This document shows, in pieces, positions 10,740-23,494 of a stretch of DNA of 64,000 bases. Origin of the DNA: Psammoneis japonica (lineage: Eukaryota); NCBI GenBank assembly GCA_008632985.1, contig QPGO01000007.1, forward strand, positions 558,001 to 622,000. Reading direction: 5' to 3'. Positions within the stretch are counted from its first letter, which is position 1; every line of letters starts with the position of its first letter. Below the pieces are notes generated by a model. The model saw only the letters and a program-made list of their open reading frames with translations. It had not been told where the DNA came from and did no database searches. The position numbers were made by a program, and so were the translations under genes.

Positions 10740-11187
10740 GATCCGAGCAAGGACTCTGCCACCCGCCGCTTCGGACTGGATCTCGGGTGATCCCAGTCAA
10801 GAACCACTGAGAAGCAACAAATCATTGGGATGCTTGGGAGACTCACAGAGCAAAGCTTTTGGTGCAAGCTCTGCTCCGCACAAGGGGGGATGGGGAAAAC
10901 CCATGCCCTCCGCAGGGTCCTGCAGCGACACAGGGGCTCTGCTGATGAACCGGAGCAGTGCGAGCACCTCGGGCGTTTTCGAGTGCCAATCTCGCGAATT
11001 GTTCCCTTTGGCATTACGCGACGTTGGGTGCAATTTTGAGAACAGAAGGTCAACTCGAACGAAGACACGCCAGGCCAAGTTTTCCCGCACGAAAACTGAA
11101 GCCGTCGAAGGTCTTGTGCCACTCGGTTGTCTTGAACCTCGTCTCATTGACTCCCGGGGCCGAATGAGACAGGTCGAGCTCTAATCC
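10739..11187 (-). repeat. Split direct repeat B1 (449 bp)
   Basis: Colinear with 10027-10475. Confidence 0.95.
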
Positions 11188-11301
11188 CCCCCGATGAGAA
11201 ACCTGGGCAGTGGCCACCATAAAAGCTGATCTCGGAGGCAGGAAGATGAAAGACTGCTTTCCGAGAGCCTGACGTCCCCAAGGGCTTGCGACCGTCCCGA
11301 A

Positions 11302-12924
11302 TCACATGGCCTTGGTGCAACGCAGGAAAGAGGGTAAGAGAAGAGTGACGTCGGCATGGTGTTGCCTCATTTTGTGAGCAGGTTGAGCCGCCCCCGCTCT
11401 CTCCTTCTTTTTCCAACGGTTGACGACGTCAATGTCGTCTTCAGATGCCTTTTGAGCAACAGCACGAGAATCGGAACCCCTCTGGAACGATCGGCTTGCA
11501 TCATGTTTGTCCTGTGTGTCAGCAATGGAAGTGATGTCAGCCGCGAATAAACTTGGATGGTCATCGTAGATGTCTCCCAGCACTTCATGGAGAAAAGCAC
11601 CAAGCTCTTTGGTGGATGAGGCTTTCCCGTCCACATCCAACATGGCTGGTCCGCGCGTTCGACGACGTGACCAGTGTAACGACACTGCCGTCTCCACCCA
11701 AAATCGAAGGTTAATCCCAGAACTGGTTGCATTCACACTTGGGAGGAGGTGCTGCCGCTCCCCGTGTTCTCCCTTCACTAGTCCCAAAAGTGGGATCACA
11801 ACGTAATCCGCATGTCTTGGCAGATGCTTTCCCAGAGCGCCCAGGTCCATGAGTGGACCCTCTGGGCCCCGGAGAGACAATGCGTAGCTGGCAGCGAAGT
11901 GCAACCTGCAGGAGAGGTGCACGAATCTGTCCGCCTCTCCTGGGGCCCAAAGGGCCTTCTCCTCGACCCCAGGCATGAGGTGTTGCATGACATCCACTGA
12001 CATCACCCTGTCAGGTCTCCAGTCTTGACCCATCCACCTCTTGCAGCCCGTCATGAAACGTTGAAACCAAAGCGAGGCACACGGGTCCTCACACATTCGG
12101 AGACACTGCTTTCCCTCCAAGTCTCCCAACGCCAAGGCACGTGAGTTGGCTTGGGCAGAGGCCCGCACCTGATTAGAACATGCAGTCCGCAGTTTCCGGA
12201 TCGCATCAAATTGGGTGCATGACTCCGAGTGTTTCCCCACAGTTGCAGACGCCAACACTGTCTGCACAGCCACCTCGCACCCACAGTGGTCATGGGGCGG
12301 GAGAGGACCTGGCTCAAGGCAAGGACCTGTCAGGCCCAAACGTTCAGATAAAGTCAGGCCCCGCCCAACCCTGGCCGCATTCGCTTCGACTGTTGACGAC
12401 TCCCGGCTCCAAAAAGCGTCCAGGATCACGCGGCGGATGCAAGCCAGGGCGACCTCGTCTCGAGGTGATGACGTTGCGGGTTCCCTCTGGTGTGACTTGT
12501 GAAAAACACATAAATCGCACTCAAACGCCACCACAAGATGGTCTCCAACCCGGGCCTGCACGAACTTGTTCTTGTCCTGCTGCTTCCGGAACCAAGGGCC
12601 ATCATCCAACCGTGGCCGGTCAGCCCCGAGAGTTGGGGCATCGTCGTTTTGAGGGTCGTCCGTCAGGGTTCCTCCCAGATGGAACGTCACGCTTTTTCTC
12701 AAAGCACAACACCCGGGACACCACACCTTCCGACATGCCAGCCAGACTCCTACACTGTGCACAAAATTTGCGCAGAATGTGCCCTTCGTCCACCGCAGAG
12801 TCCGCCCACACTCGTCGCAAGGACCGGTCCACAGCATGCATTTTTGGGGTTCCCCGCAGCTGCCAAGGGCTGCAAGAAACAAACGGAAAAAGGAGACCAA
12901 CCAGCAATGGCTCGAACATGTCAC
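11302..12924 (-). pseudogene. Tyrosine recombinase of the retroelement; catalytic Tyr apparently changed to His
   Basis: YALSLRGPEG (catalytic Arg), PLLGLVKGE, SRSFQRG, VNRWKKKE and MRQHHAD, where MRxxY is expected. Only 3 Tyr in 540 aa. Overlaps the end of pol. Confidence 0.85.
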
Positions 12925-15900
12925 CTGGCCAGAACGACCTCGCTCCAGCTGGGATGGTGAAAACTGGGTCCGCCGCCTTGTGCAACTGCTTCTGCCACTC
13001 TGGTGTCATCAACCATGGGCAGACAAACACATGGAAGGAAGTCTGTTGTTTAATCCTTGCGATCCGGAGCTCTTCCAGAGCAGCCCTCGCAGCGGCCGGG
13101 GGCGGGGCCCAAACCCAAGTGCCTGACTTAAAATGGGGCATCTCGATTGCCTCGTGACTCAAGCAATTCCAGCCAGCAATGTCATGTCCCTTCTGATGCC
13201 ACTCCAAAGGGGCCAGTAACTCCGGAGAGGGGGTGCCAGCCCAGGATTGGATCCACGCGAACAGAGTGGAAGAGCGAGCGGTAGCTGCAAGATGAAGAGG
13301 TACGAACGAGAGCATCTTGGCGCCGTTCATCACCCCTTCCGACAATGCTCCCCGAGAAACCCCGTCCGTACCCTGAGCTGTCATCCGACCTCCCGAGACA
13401 TGTGTGAGATGTGGTCTAATCCCATGCTTGGCCTCCAAAGCTTTCAGCCGAATAATTTGCTCGAGCAGCAGAGGGCTGGAAGAGGTGCCCTTATACCAGG
13501 CGAGTTCAGCCACCGAGTTGTCTGTGAAGAAGAATAGACACGCCCCAGTCAATTCCCCTTCCTCTCCGAGTTCCTGGATGGCGTCGACTGTATTGGACAG
13601 TTCCTTCCAATTCGAAGAATTTCCCAGCTCGTCGTCTCCCCACACACCGATCCGGAAGATAATGGTTCCGTCCGATGCTTCCAGAGACGTGCTGAGACCC
13701 TTTCCGGACGCATCACCGAACCCGTAAAGGACAGCGACGATTTTCGAAGACCGAATGATTACTGTAGTGGGGGTTGGTGGCTCCATAATTCGGGACATTG
13801 CCACCAGATCCGTGAACAGGCGAGGGACCCCCGTAACCTGCTGAGGTGGTGGACGGTCCCTTAACCCCTCGGCGACTGCAGCCGGTTCTAACCCCTGCTT
13901 CTCGGCAAGGTGATGAGTCCAGCTTGCGCACTCTTTTCCGGTCATGGCCCAACCGTCCTCCTTTTGATTTGGTCGCCACGAGTCAAGGGTCAAATGAACC
14001 CCTTTCAAAAAAGGGGTTAGAAAGGCACAAGTCATCGCGAGGTGAACCAGAAAACCCCGTTTCCGCTCTAGATCCTTAAAGTCGAACACAGGGAGGAAGC
14101 CTTCGGCCTGATCAGCATGGTGATCAAGTAAATCAGAAATGACAGCTTTGGCTTTATCCCACTTGGCCTGGGATGCCGACTGAGTGACGTCCCTGTCGAT
14201 GACCCTGAAGATGGCACCCGCCCAGGCTCCGGTTTCGACCTGAGAAGGAGGGCGCACTTTTCGGGCCGCGTTCTGTAGACCGAGGTGCTGCAAGCGAGAG
14301 GCCATTTGATGGGCCACTTGCCATGCTGCTTCCTCGCTCGCTCCCACACCTCGTAAGTCGTCCACAAACGTTTTAACATCCCCCGCAATTTCCTCCTGAT
14401 GTGAATTCCACTTCATGACGAACGGTTTGTCCATCTGAAAATTTGGGTTCCCCGGCAAGTTGAGGATCAGCTGGTCACATCCCACAATGTTGGAAGGACG
14501 TTGGGGGTCGCCTCGGGCAATCTCGTCGGCCCAACAGAAGGCTCGAACTGCTGAGCAAGGGCTGGGGCGCATCCCCATGAACAGGCGGTTCCATCGTTCG
14601 AACCAGAGTGCACCCCCCGCAGGTGGCCCAGCCGTCGGGAGATGCGACCTGAGTGGGGTTAGGTCGATCCCCGCATGTGGCCGGATGGCGGGATCCATGA
14701 AAAAATTTAAGAACATGTCCCCGAGATCGAGGTCCACCGAGAAGGTGGAGTGGGTCATGCAACCCAGAACCGAGGCGGGGGTGGGCAAGAAAAAGGAGGG
14801 TGCCCACAAGGCATCATTTGATCCGGAAGAGGTCCCATTGTAAACCATCCGGACATCCTCCACAATTTCCACCAAACGCCCATTCTGAGGCTCGACCCGA
14901 ACAGTCTTTGGGACCCAGAAATGGTCCGTTGAGCTAATCACCTTACCCTGGCAGACACATCCATGGTCTCGGACCTTTTGCATCTTGTCCACCATCCGGA
15001 GGATCTCATGCTCTGCACCCCGGATTCGCTGACGCCGACGATTGCGGGGAAGGGGGCCTTGGACAAAAATTTTAATTCCATCCCGGGCACAAACCCGCTG
15101 TTCCGGTGTGGGCCATCGCCAAAAAAGGAGGGCAGAGCCTCGGTCCCAGTTCCACCATGAACTGGCCAATGCTTGTGTCAACACGTCCGCTCCAAGGTGT
15201 GCGTCAAGTGGCAAAGGTGGGAGTGGAGGGTGATGGTAAACCCCCCCCCTGAAGACGCCCCCTAGCGTCCCCAAAACACCGACGTTGAATGGCCAACCTG
15301 CCGGTCCACGTCGGCCCACACTCCTGGTGGAGGTGGGAGAGGAAGGATCAAAGAGTCCTCCGTTGCCACCATTGGTGGGTTAGCTCCCGGAGTGCAGGTA
15401 GAGCCTTCTCAAAAGCTGGAAACAGAAGGGTGATCCGCTTGTCCCACAATCGAAGCGGAGGCGCCGCCGCATCACCCTTGGCGGCTTTCACCATTGTCAG
15501 AGACACGTCGATCCAAGCATGCAGCAAGTGCTGCTGGAGGTCAGGTAGCCACGTTCCTGCATCACGATGCGCAACGTCAACAATGGCATCCCGATCACCA
15601 ACGGTGTCCCGATTAGCCACACCCCCCGGCCCTGACAAGCATTGGGGAGCGCCGGCAATGTGAGCTTCCACGAACAACGTGAGGAGGTTCAGCGGGACAA
15701 GCCCAAAACCCAGCTCCAAGGCTTGACGCACCGGTGGCATCCGGAAGCACAGAGGGAAATCCCAGGCAGCCAACATTTCATCCACAGAAAGAGCACGGGA
15801 GACCCAACCTGTCGGAGACCGACAAGACGGGTGCACGACCGGCCGGTCCAGGAACTGCGGATCAAGATGGTCAGCTTCCGTGTAAAACTCCCCCCGGGGG

Positions 15901-16472
15901 TGTTGGGGCGATGCCGACCCGGGTGGCTTGCAATCAATGATGTGCCCAATGGATCGGTGCAGGCCATCATCAAAGACCGGAGAGGGCACCCCGTGCCAGA
16001 ACATGTTTGTGCGGAACGAAGTGACACCCCCCACCACCACATGAGTGGTCTCCCGCTGCTGGAACTGATGAAGCCCAAGGAGACTGCGCCCAAAAACTTG
16101 TCCCATGGGGATCATGACAAATGGTGAGGGTCGGATGACGTGCACCATGGATTCAAGGAATGACGGTGGACCCGACACAAAGGAGAGGTTAACCTGGGCA
16201 GCAAGATGCTCCACGCTCGACCAACCGACCTGGGCCATGGACGCTCCTAGCTGGCTTTGGAACACATCCACCAAGAGGGGACTCCAATGGGAACAGTCAG
16301 CGTTGTCTGAACAGAAGTGGAGTGTGGGCCATTCTTTTGGTCTGAGGGACAAAAGCCAAATTGGGGGACCGGAGGAAAGCACTGGACATGCTCCTTGAAA
16401 AGAGAAGGCTTTACGGCCTCGTGTGACATGCCTTAGATTGTCAGGCCTGTCAACCGAGACCAGACCCTCCAA
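12620..16472 (-). pseudogene. pol of the retroelement (N-terminal extension + RT + RNase H), interrupted by a TGA at ~15348 and a frameshift near a C-run at ~15245
   Basis: RMVYNGTSSG, DLDLGDMFLNF, MGMRPSP and FVDDLR (RT). YGFGDASGKG, SSNWKEL, FTDNSVAE and QGTDGVSRG (RNase H). Confidence 0.9.
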
Positions 16473-16496
16473 CGGTTCCTCCGCTCCCCATGGGCT

Positions 16497-18959
16497 TCAT
16501 TTCTTGTTCTCAAGAACCTTGAGGCGCCGCGTTAGTTCCTTCACTTCCATCCGCAATTTCCCAAGTTCCATGTGAGCCGAATCCCCCCGGGCCTGTGCTG
16601 ATTTTGCCTCAGAACTCGCGTTCTTGGCTTTCTCCGTCAATGTCTGGACCGAGGATTGCAAGTCTGTAACTGCTTCAAAACCTGAGTTGGTTGCGAGGAA
16701 CTTGATGCATTCGGACGCCATCGAGGGGTGATCAGCGAAACCCATGGAAGTGCACTCCACCACAATGTCCTGGGTTCTAAACACAGCCCACAAGATTTTG
16801 CTGCACACAGCGTCCGGGTCCGTGCCTGAAATAGAGGTAAAGACCCCCAAGCGCGCCTTGTGAATGTCCTCAAAGATCCGATGGGTCAATTTTGAGGTCA
16901 ACGACCACGCTTGCTTGTTCGAGAATTTGCTCAGATCAGTGAGGGAAGCGCAAGTGGAGTCGATGAATTGAATCAGAGCACAAAGGAAAGCCACCGATTT
17001 TGACAACGCGTCGCGCACCACCTGGCCCTCAAACGTGCCCGGTCTAATCCGTTGATTGATGTCCTCCACAACGTCATTTTCCGTAGAGGCGATTTTCCCC
17101 TCAATGAAATGCTTGGTTCCCACATTGCCAGACGACCAGTGTTCACAAGACTCGACCTCATCCAGGCAAGAAGGATGCAACCCCAAGGTCTGGGCCGACT
17201 TTGCCGATCCCGAGTCAAAAATCCGAGGCATTCAGCATTGGAAACCAGCCAACGTTCTCGCGTCTTCCTCGGTCGCGATGTTCATGCTCATTCGCTTGGC
17301 CCACTGCGACAAAAAGTGATGCAGAGCGGTGGGCTCGATTCCCTTGATCCGGTCCAAGAGCAACACGACATCGGTTGAGCACCCATGCGCCCTCGAGGGG
17401 AAATGCTGTGTCATCCAAGCTTGACACTCCTCGTAGGATGACACGCCAACCCCCGAGAACTCAATGGCGGACTTGTCCGATTTTGCTCGTAATTCACTCA
17501 CAGCACGGTCTAGACGAGTGAGGCGTGTGTCCACGGACCCTTGATCAAATGAAACACCTGGAGGTGCAAACCCCGAACCACACTGCGATTCGATCAACCT
17601 GACCTTGGAAGTGAGCTGCGTGCAAACCCGAAGCATGTTCTTCTTCATGTTCTCCAGATCCGTGCGGCCAGCAGCAGATCCCAACCGATCTTGCATGCAT
17701 TGGAACCTCTCGTTGAACGTCCTCACCAGATTGTTGGATTGAGTTCGCCACCCCGTCTCCACTTGCGTGACACGCTCGACCAGGTCCGGAACTTGGGTTC
17801 CGCTTTCCCTGGATGCCACGTTCGCCAGAGCACCCCAAAGAGCAGGGGCGAGCAGAGTCTCGTCGAACCCCTGGGTCGGCTCCCCCAGAGCCGCGTCTAG
17901 TTGATCCAGCTTCCGACTTAGAATCTCAACCATGGACTCCGCAGCGTGGAAGCACTTGCCAGCTTTGTTGCCGAAGTCGGCTGGTGCCTCCCCGGCTTGC
18001 CTCAACCCATCCTCGGTCGATTGCACCACACGGGCCAACGCGGACGGACTTTTATTAGCCGCCAGGAACTGCGCAGGGGCAGCGAGCATTTGTTTTTCGT
18101 ACGGCGTGAACCTGTCCAGGACGGTGTCTTCTTGAGGAGTCGACGGCTCCGGCCACTGTTTACGAGCCGGTGTCTTGAACTCGGCCGCTCTTTCATGCTC
18201 CCCAAGGGCAGGTTCGACCTCGTCCTCGGTGTAAAAGGGCTCACCATTGCTCAGGACCAAGAATTTTTGCCGCCAACCGGCTGGCGCATCCGACTCGGCT
18301 TCCCACTTGACCAAAACCTCACCGGACATGTTCGCGCCGTTCAGGATGGGTTGGCAAAATCCCGCATCCGGGGACTTGAGAATTGCCATCACACCCGACG
18401 CCGGAATGTGCATCTTGCCGCCCTTGTGCTTCACGTTACACTCGCTTGCCTTCTTGAGACAGAAGGTGGCTCCTCTGCCCTTGATCCCTGAGCACCGAGG
18501 TGCTCCAACAGTCTCCAGCCAGGTGATTCGATGACGAGGCACATGCGAGGACAAAGAGGACGTACCTTCCCCCTCCGACTCGACCGCACCTCCGACATCA
18601 CCTGCTAAATCCCGCCCAAAGAAACCAACCCAAGACAAGCGGGTTTCCCTCTGAACCGGGCGGGATGCGTCTCCTTCCAAAACGTGAGTTCCTGGAGGGT
18701 GGGAAATGACTTCCCCTGGCTCCGCTCTGTCAATGTCCGATTGGGGATGACCAAAACCCCCCGAAATGTCATCGCTTGTGCCCCGAGGATTTAAGCCCTC
18801 GTGACCCCCCCCCTGACGCGCAGCCCCAGAAGGGCGAGCCTGAGGAGAGGGAGCCGCCGGAGAGCTCAACGAGAAGGGCGAGACAACATCCAACTCGAGT
18901 TGATGAGCTAAATCAACGAACGCATCATCTGAGACACCCGAGGCAAAGAAATCCGACAT
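16497..18959 (-). pseudogene. gag-like ORF1 of the retroelement with one in-frame TGA at 17232-17234
   Basis: The 575-aa and 244-aa ORFs are in the same frame and abut. Cys/His cluster (CSG..FCLK..CNVKH) and C-terminal coiled coil. Starts just inside A1. Confidence 0.8.
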
Positions 18960-18971
18960 GACAAGAGAGAC

Positions 18972-19219
18972 TAAAAAAGAGTGATGCTTTTCCTGGCTTG
19001 TGTGATCCAGTCACGTTGATCAGGGTTCCTGTTCCAATCAAGCTGGAAAAGTGAGAAAAGAGAGAACCGAAGTTTGACCGGTCACAGTCGGAAGACTGGA
19101 CTGGGTCATCTTGAGGCGGAAGTCCCATGCTTCCAAAATGGATCAGGCGAGAGGTCATGGTCACAGCGGGGGGGTTGATTCGAGTCAGTCCGTCTCCATC
19201 TAAACTTGGGCATGAGGAG
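18972..19219 (-). repeat. Split direct repeat A1 (5' end of element)
   Basis: Colinear with 10493-10739. Confidence 0.95.
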
Positions 19220-20900
19220 CGACAGAAATTGCAGCGCGCCAGCTGCCGGCACTCCGCCGTTCGGCCTTTCTGGTCATTCCCCTTGCATTCCCACCCCTTG
19301 TCTTCTTGCTGTCTTCACATCATGAGATCTTTTGGCACCTTGTTGGTTCAAACTGCCATGCTCTCATCCTCAGTCAACACTGCTTGGATGATGCTGAAGA
19401 CCGTTTTATTTGCAGCAGCTCTGTCTTCCACCAGCAGGCCAGCCTCATCCTCTGCACTGGGGCCGCACCTTTTGCATTTTTGCCGCGCCATCAGTGGAGC
19501 TTTGACAGGCAAGGAGAGAGGGGGGGGTGGGGTCCAAACAGCCAGTTTGCACAAGACCAGGCATGCTTGTTCAATCAAATGACAAACCAAAGTGAGATTT
19601 GGCCTGGGAGGATGTGTTGGCAAACAACGGCTTTTCTGCACAGAATGTGGTCTTGTGCACAAGGCAAGCTTGTGCACGCTTTTTTGCACAAAGCTGCCTT
19701 GCTCCACTGACAGCTAAGATCTTCAACCCTGTGCCACAAACAGCAGCTCTTCCCTCTCACCCTTGGCATTTTTGCTGCTGGCTTCTTGCAATGCGAGTTG
19801 GGTCAAACCTGCTCTTTCCAGCTGCGAGCTCTTGGGAGAGAGAGGCGGCAGAAACAATGGCAGGGGCAGGGGAGCACAGCTCATTGCTGAAAAGTTCTTG
19901 ATTTCACTCACCTGCTTTGTTGGCTGAGAGATGGCCCTGCTCCAGGGGCTCTCTCCCGCTTCCCTTTTTTTCCAAAGTGCTCTGCCCTTTTGTGGGGCAT
20001 GTGTGCTCTCTTTTCAAAAAGCAAGCGGCCCTGCCAGAGAGAAGGGCTCCCAGCCTGTTTCAGCCCCAGGTGATGCACAATCCATCATGCACAGGCTCAA
20101 TTTTTGTCTCAGTTGGGCACAAGGAACTCTTTCAAATTTGAAAGTTTGGTCGTTTCAAAAGTCGAAAAGAAAGTGCACAAAAAAAAAACAAAAGTTTTGT
20201 GTGCACTTGCCCCTTGATTTGGGAAAGAATCAATTTTGAAGGAGCCCATTGTGCCAAATGCAAAAATGGCCCATTGATGGATTTTGCACACCTGCGCGCA
20301 TTGCCTGGAGTTGGAACACGCCCCCCCAAGAGGCGCAAGCCGACCTTGTTGTTTTTTGCATTTTTTTGAGCTTTGACAGCCTCTTCTTTTGTTGCCAGCA
20401 GTCTTTGCTTGAAGGGCTTCCTTTGTGCAGACTCTCCTCCTCCCCTCTGCCCTCTGGGGGCTTGGTGCCAAACACGCACAAATGGCAGCACACACACACT
20501 TTTCTTGCACCCCTGCGCCACACAACCAGCCGGCCGGCAGTGGCACGGGGGCGGACATCTGTGCCCTCTGCCGGAGGGGGCAGAAGTGCATTTCCTGTTG
20601 CTTTTGGCCAAGAATGCTGCAGGCTGCAGACAGAGAAAAAAAAGCGTCACTGTGAACGAACGAACGAACGAATGGACCAAGCCAAAGTCAAAGTGGTGGC
20701 GTTTTTGCATGCCGTGTGTGATGATGTGAGCGGCGGTGGAGGGGGGCGGGGAGACGCAGCCACACAGTCACGACTAAATTGGTCGCGGAAGCCTTCCGAC
20801 GCCGCAATCATCCAACGATCAACGCGTGTCCTCCAGTCCTGTGCTGTGTCCCACGGCATCCTTGCCTTGTGTGAGGTCAAGATGACAGCGGGCGAAGTGG
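19220..20900. other. Unidentified TpA-depleted relic sequence
   Basis: Only a few TA dinucleotides seen in 1.7 kb (e.g. ~19407, 19715, 20775). No recognisable domain. Short (CGAA)n at ~20657. Confidence 0.6.
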
Positions 20901-20917
20901 CAGACGTGCCGAGAAGC

Positions 20918-23393
20918 ATGAAGCTTTTCTATTTCTTGTTGTTTCAGTTGCTGTGGAGAGTCCGAGTCGTTCGTTGTCCCACCACCTTCTGGTCGAGGAG
21001 GGAGATTCGGCTTTGATGCAGATGCAATCGAAATTGTGAGGCCGATAATTCTCCCACAGACAACGTGGTAGCCTCAGAAAACAGTGTTGAAGACGATCTG
21101 GGATTTCTTGTGAAACGAGGGGATCGTCGTTTGTTTTTTGGATCTACTCTGGTTGCTGTCGGAACGTGTTGGGCGGTGTTAACGCGCGTGCCTATGAGGA
21201 GCAGACGGAGCAACCATTCCCCTGGGAAGCCAATCCCATAATAAGCGTTTCGGGACAACCGTGAAAGATGCCGAAACCAAAGGTGGATACAACAAGGCCT
21301 TTGTAACCTATCTCGCACGCTTCCTCTTGACTTTTGATTCACGTTGTCAAAGCTGGTGGTTTCGAACAACGTTTCCAACCGATAGCGACGCGGAAACCAT
21401 TGAGAAGATGCGAATTGACCAGTTTGCCTCTTTTGCTGCATCCGTAGAAGTTGGATTGTTGGAAGACTACAATGGAAAAGCAGATGTTTTGTTGAAGAAA
21501 CTTGTACAGCGTTATGGTCAGGAAGGAACCAGCCCACAGCAAGTTCGGCTCGCTAAATCTGCACGTCGACACATTGCCCTAATGTTTGGGTTGCTGGAAC
21601 GCATACAACCAGTAAAGGATCTCACGGAGCTGCTAGCTTCCGTCGACAATGGAAAAATCAAAAACGTTAAGATGATTGGTTCTAGAATACGGGGGTTTGC
21701 GTCGCCACCAGAGTTGATTTTTCCACAGCCGCCAAACGGCACTTCCGCAGAAGGCAGAGCGGTGATGAAACCTACTGGACGTCTACTTGACATTCAAGTG
21801 GTTGATCCTGGATCAGGATACTCGAAGCAGCCGATTATTTCCATTGAAAAGAGAGAGTCGTTTAATGGGACAGAGGCCAGATTTCAGGTTGTGATGAGGG
21901 ATGGAGGGATAAGCAAGGTCAAACTTCTCGATGAAGGCTCCGGCTACTTTGATCCTCCCACTATTCATATTTCAGAGCCTTCCGAAGGCGGTAATATTGC
22001 AGTGTTGCAGGCAAATCTTGACTTCCAGATAAGCGGTATTGAGATCACCAATGAAGGGTCGGGATATGCAGTGGAGAGACCCTTGGATATCAAGTTGGAA
22101 AAAGATGTGGTTGTAGCCACGACATCTCCTCAAGCCGACACGAGCAGTTTCACAGGCTTTCGTAGAGACACTGACAAAGAACAACTGACAAGTTTACAAA
22201 TTCAGTTCAACGAACGAAATCATATCAATGCCGCCATGGACGACAGTAGCCTCCCGCCTCTGCCCATTTGGAGTGGAACGTCGGTGTCGTCACAGCTGTT
22301 AAAGCTCTTGCCTGCAGGTGTGGGGCTAGAATATGACTCCAGTCTCAAACGATACGTCATTGCCGTGGATTCTACATTTACAAAGAAATATCCCTTTTAC
22401 TCCGGTAGTCGCCGTCCACTGGGGTTGGAGTTTGGCCCCAGGGGGCGAGCACCAATCGAACGAGACATGGAATTGTCGCTTTCCCAGTATATTAGGTTTG
22501 GTCTGTCAGGAGCGGTATGTGCATCTGGTGTGCATCTTACGCTCACACCTCTCGATGTTGCAAAGACGAAGCTGCAGGTTGACCCTGAGAAGTACAAAAA
22601 CGTTGCAACATCATTTTCCATCATTGGAAAAGAAGAGGGCGTATCTACGTTCTTCACTGGCTGGCTTCCCACCCTTCTGGGTAATTTTTTCAGTGGGGGT
22701 ATATTGTACGCCTTGACTGAAACCATCCGGCGTTCGTTGTCTGAAATGGCGGGTATGGACGCCGCAAACTTAGAAGTCCCTATAATTTTGACGGCTTCTG
22801 GAGTTGCGGCAGCCATTGGCGCTATTATCATTTGTCCGTTTGAAGCGGTTCGAATTCGAACTGTAGCTCAACCGGATTTTGCTGAAAATTCCGGTGCTGT
22901 ATTACGACGTATGCTAAAAGAGGAAGGCTCTCAGTCGCTATTCAATGCCGTTCCTGTTTTCCTAGTGCGCAACATTCCGTACGCCATGACAAAGTTCACA
23001 ATATTTGACCTATCAACGGAGCGTCTATTTGATATGTTCCCTTCGGCACAAGAGGAACTCAGGCTGTCTCTCCTGGTTTCACTGGCTGGTGGAATATTGG
23101 CGGGCTCAGCCGCGGCAATCGTGAGCAATCCCGCAGATGCTGTGATAAGTGAGCTGAAGAAGACAAAGTCAGACATCTCGCCTCAAGAGGCGATAACCAA
23201 CATGTTGGAAAGGGCTGGTCCTTCTTCATTTTTTGCGGGGTTGCCTCTGCGCATGCTATTCTATTCACTCGTTGGAAGCCTTACTTTTGGTGTGTATGAT
23301 AGTGTGAGGTTCGCCTTGGGTATTGGTCCGGACGACCTCAAGCTTTACCTGGACGTCCTCGGAGGGGCACTTCAGAACGCTGGACAATCATGA
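20918..23393 (+). CDS. Mitochondrial-carrier-family protein (phosphate-carrier-like) with long N-terminal extension; 5' part has small frame breaks
   Basis: Three carrier signatures PLDVAKTKLQ, PFEAVRIR and PADAVISEL in ORF 21261-23393. Upstream ATG 20918 gives a hydrophobic signal (MKLFYFLLFQLL), then an ES-FVVP segment. The duplicate at ~31155 carries the extra T that joins the upstream frame. Start position is uncertain. Confidence 0.85.
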
Positions 23394-23494
23394 CAAGAAA
23401 AATAGACTAGAAAACGATGAATAACGCTATTGTCAATGCTAAGTATTGTGACGTTGCGTAAATTTTCGATATGATCGGGCTCTACATGTTCCAT

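Larger units (their letters stand above)
10027..19219 (-). mobile_element. Full-length tyrosine-recombinase retrotransposon (DIRS order, Ngaro/PAT-type split direct repeats A1-ORFs-B1-A2-B2), mutated
   Basis: A1 18972-19219 matches A2 10493-10739, and B1 10739-11187 matches B2 10027-10475. Between them lie gag-like, RT-RNaseH and YR ORFs on the minus strand. Confidence 0.93.

Noticed and set aside
10027..11187. Classical RIP or plain CpG deamination as the explanation
   Set aside because: RIP enriches TpA. CpG decay cannot convert Tyr codons to His/Cys, and CG is abundant in the TA-depleted YR element.
10027..19219. Diversity-generating retroelement, or RNA editing fixed by reverse transcription
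   Set aside because: Changes are transitions on both strands restricted to TpA, and they also affect a DNA transposon and a host pseudogene that have no RNA intermediate.
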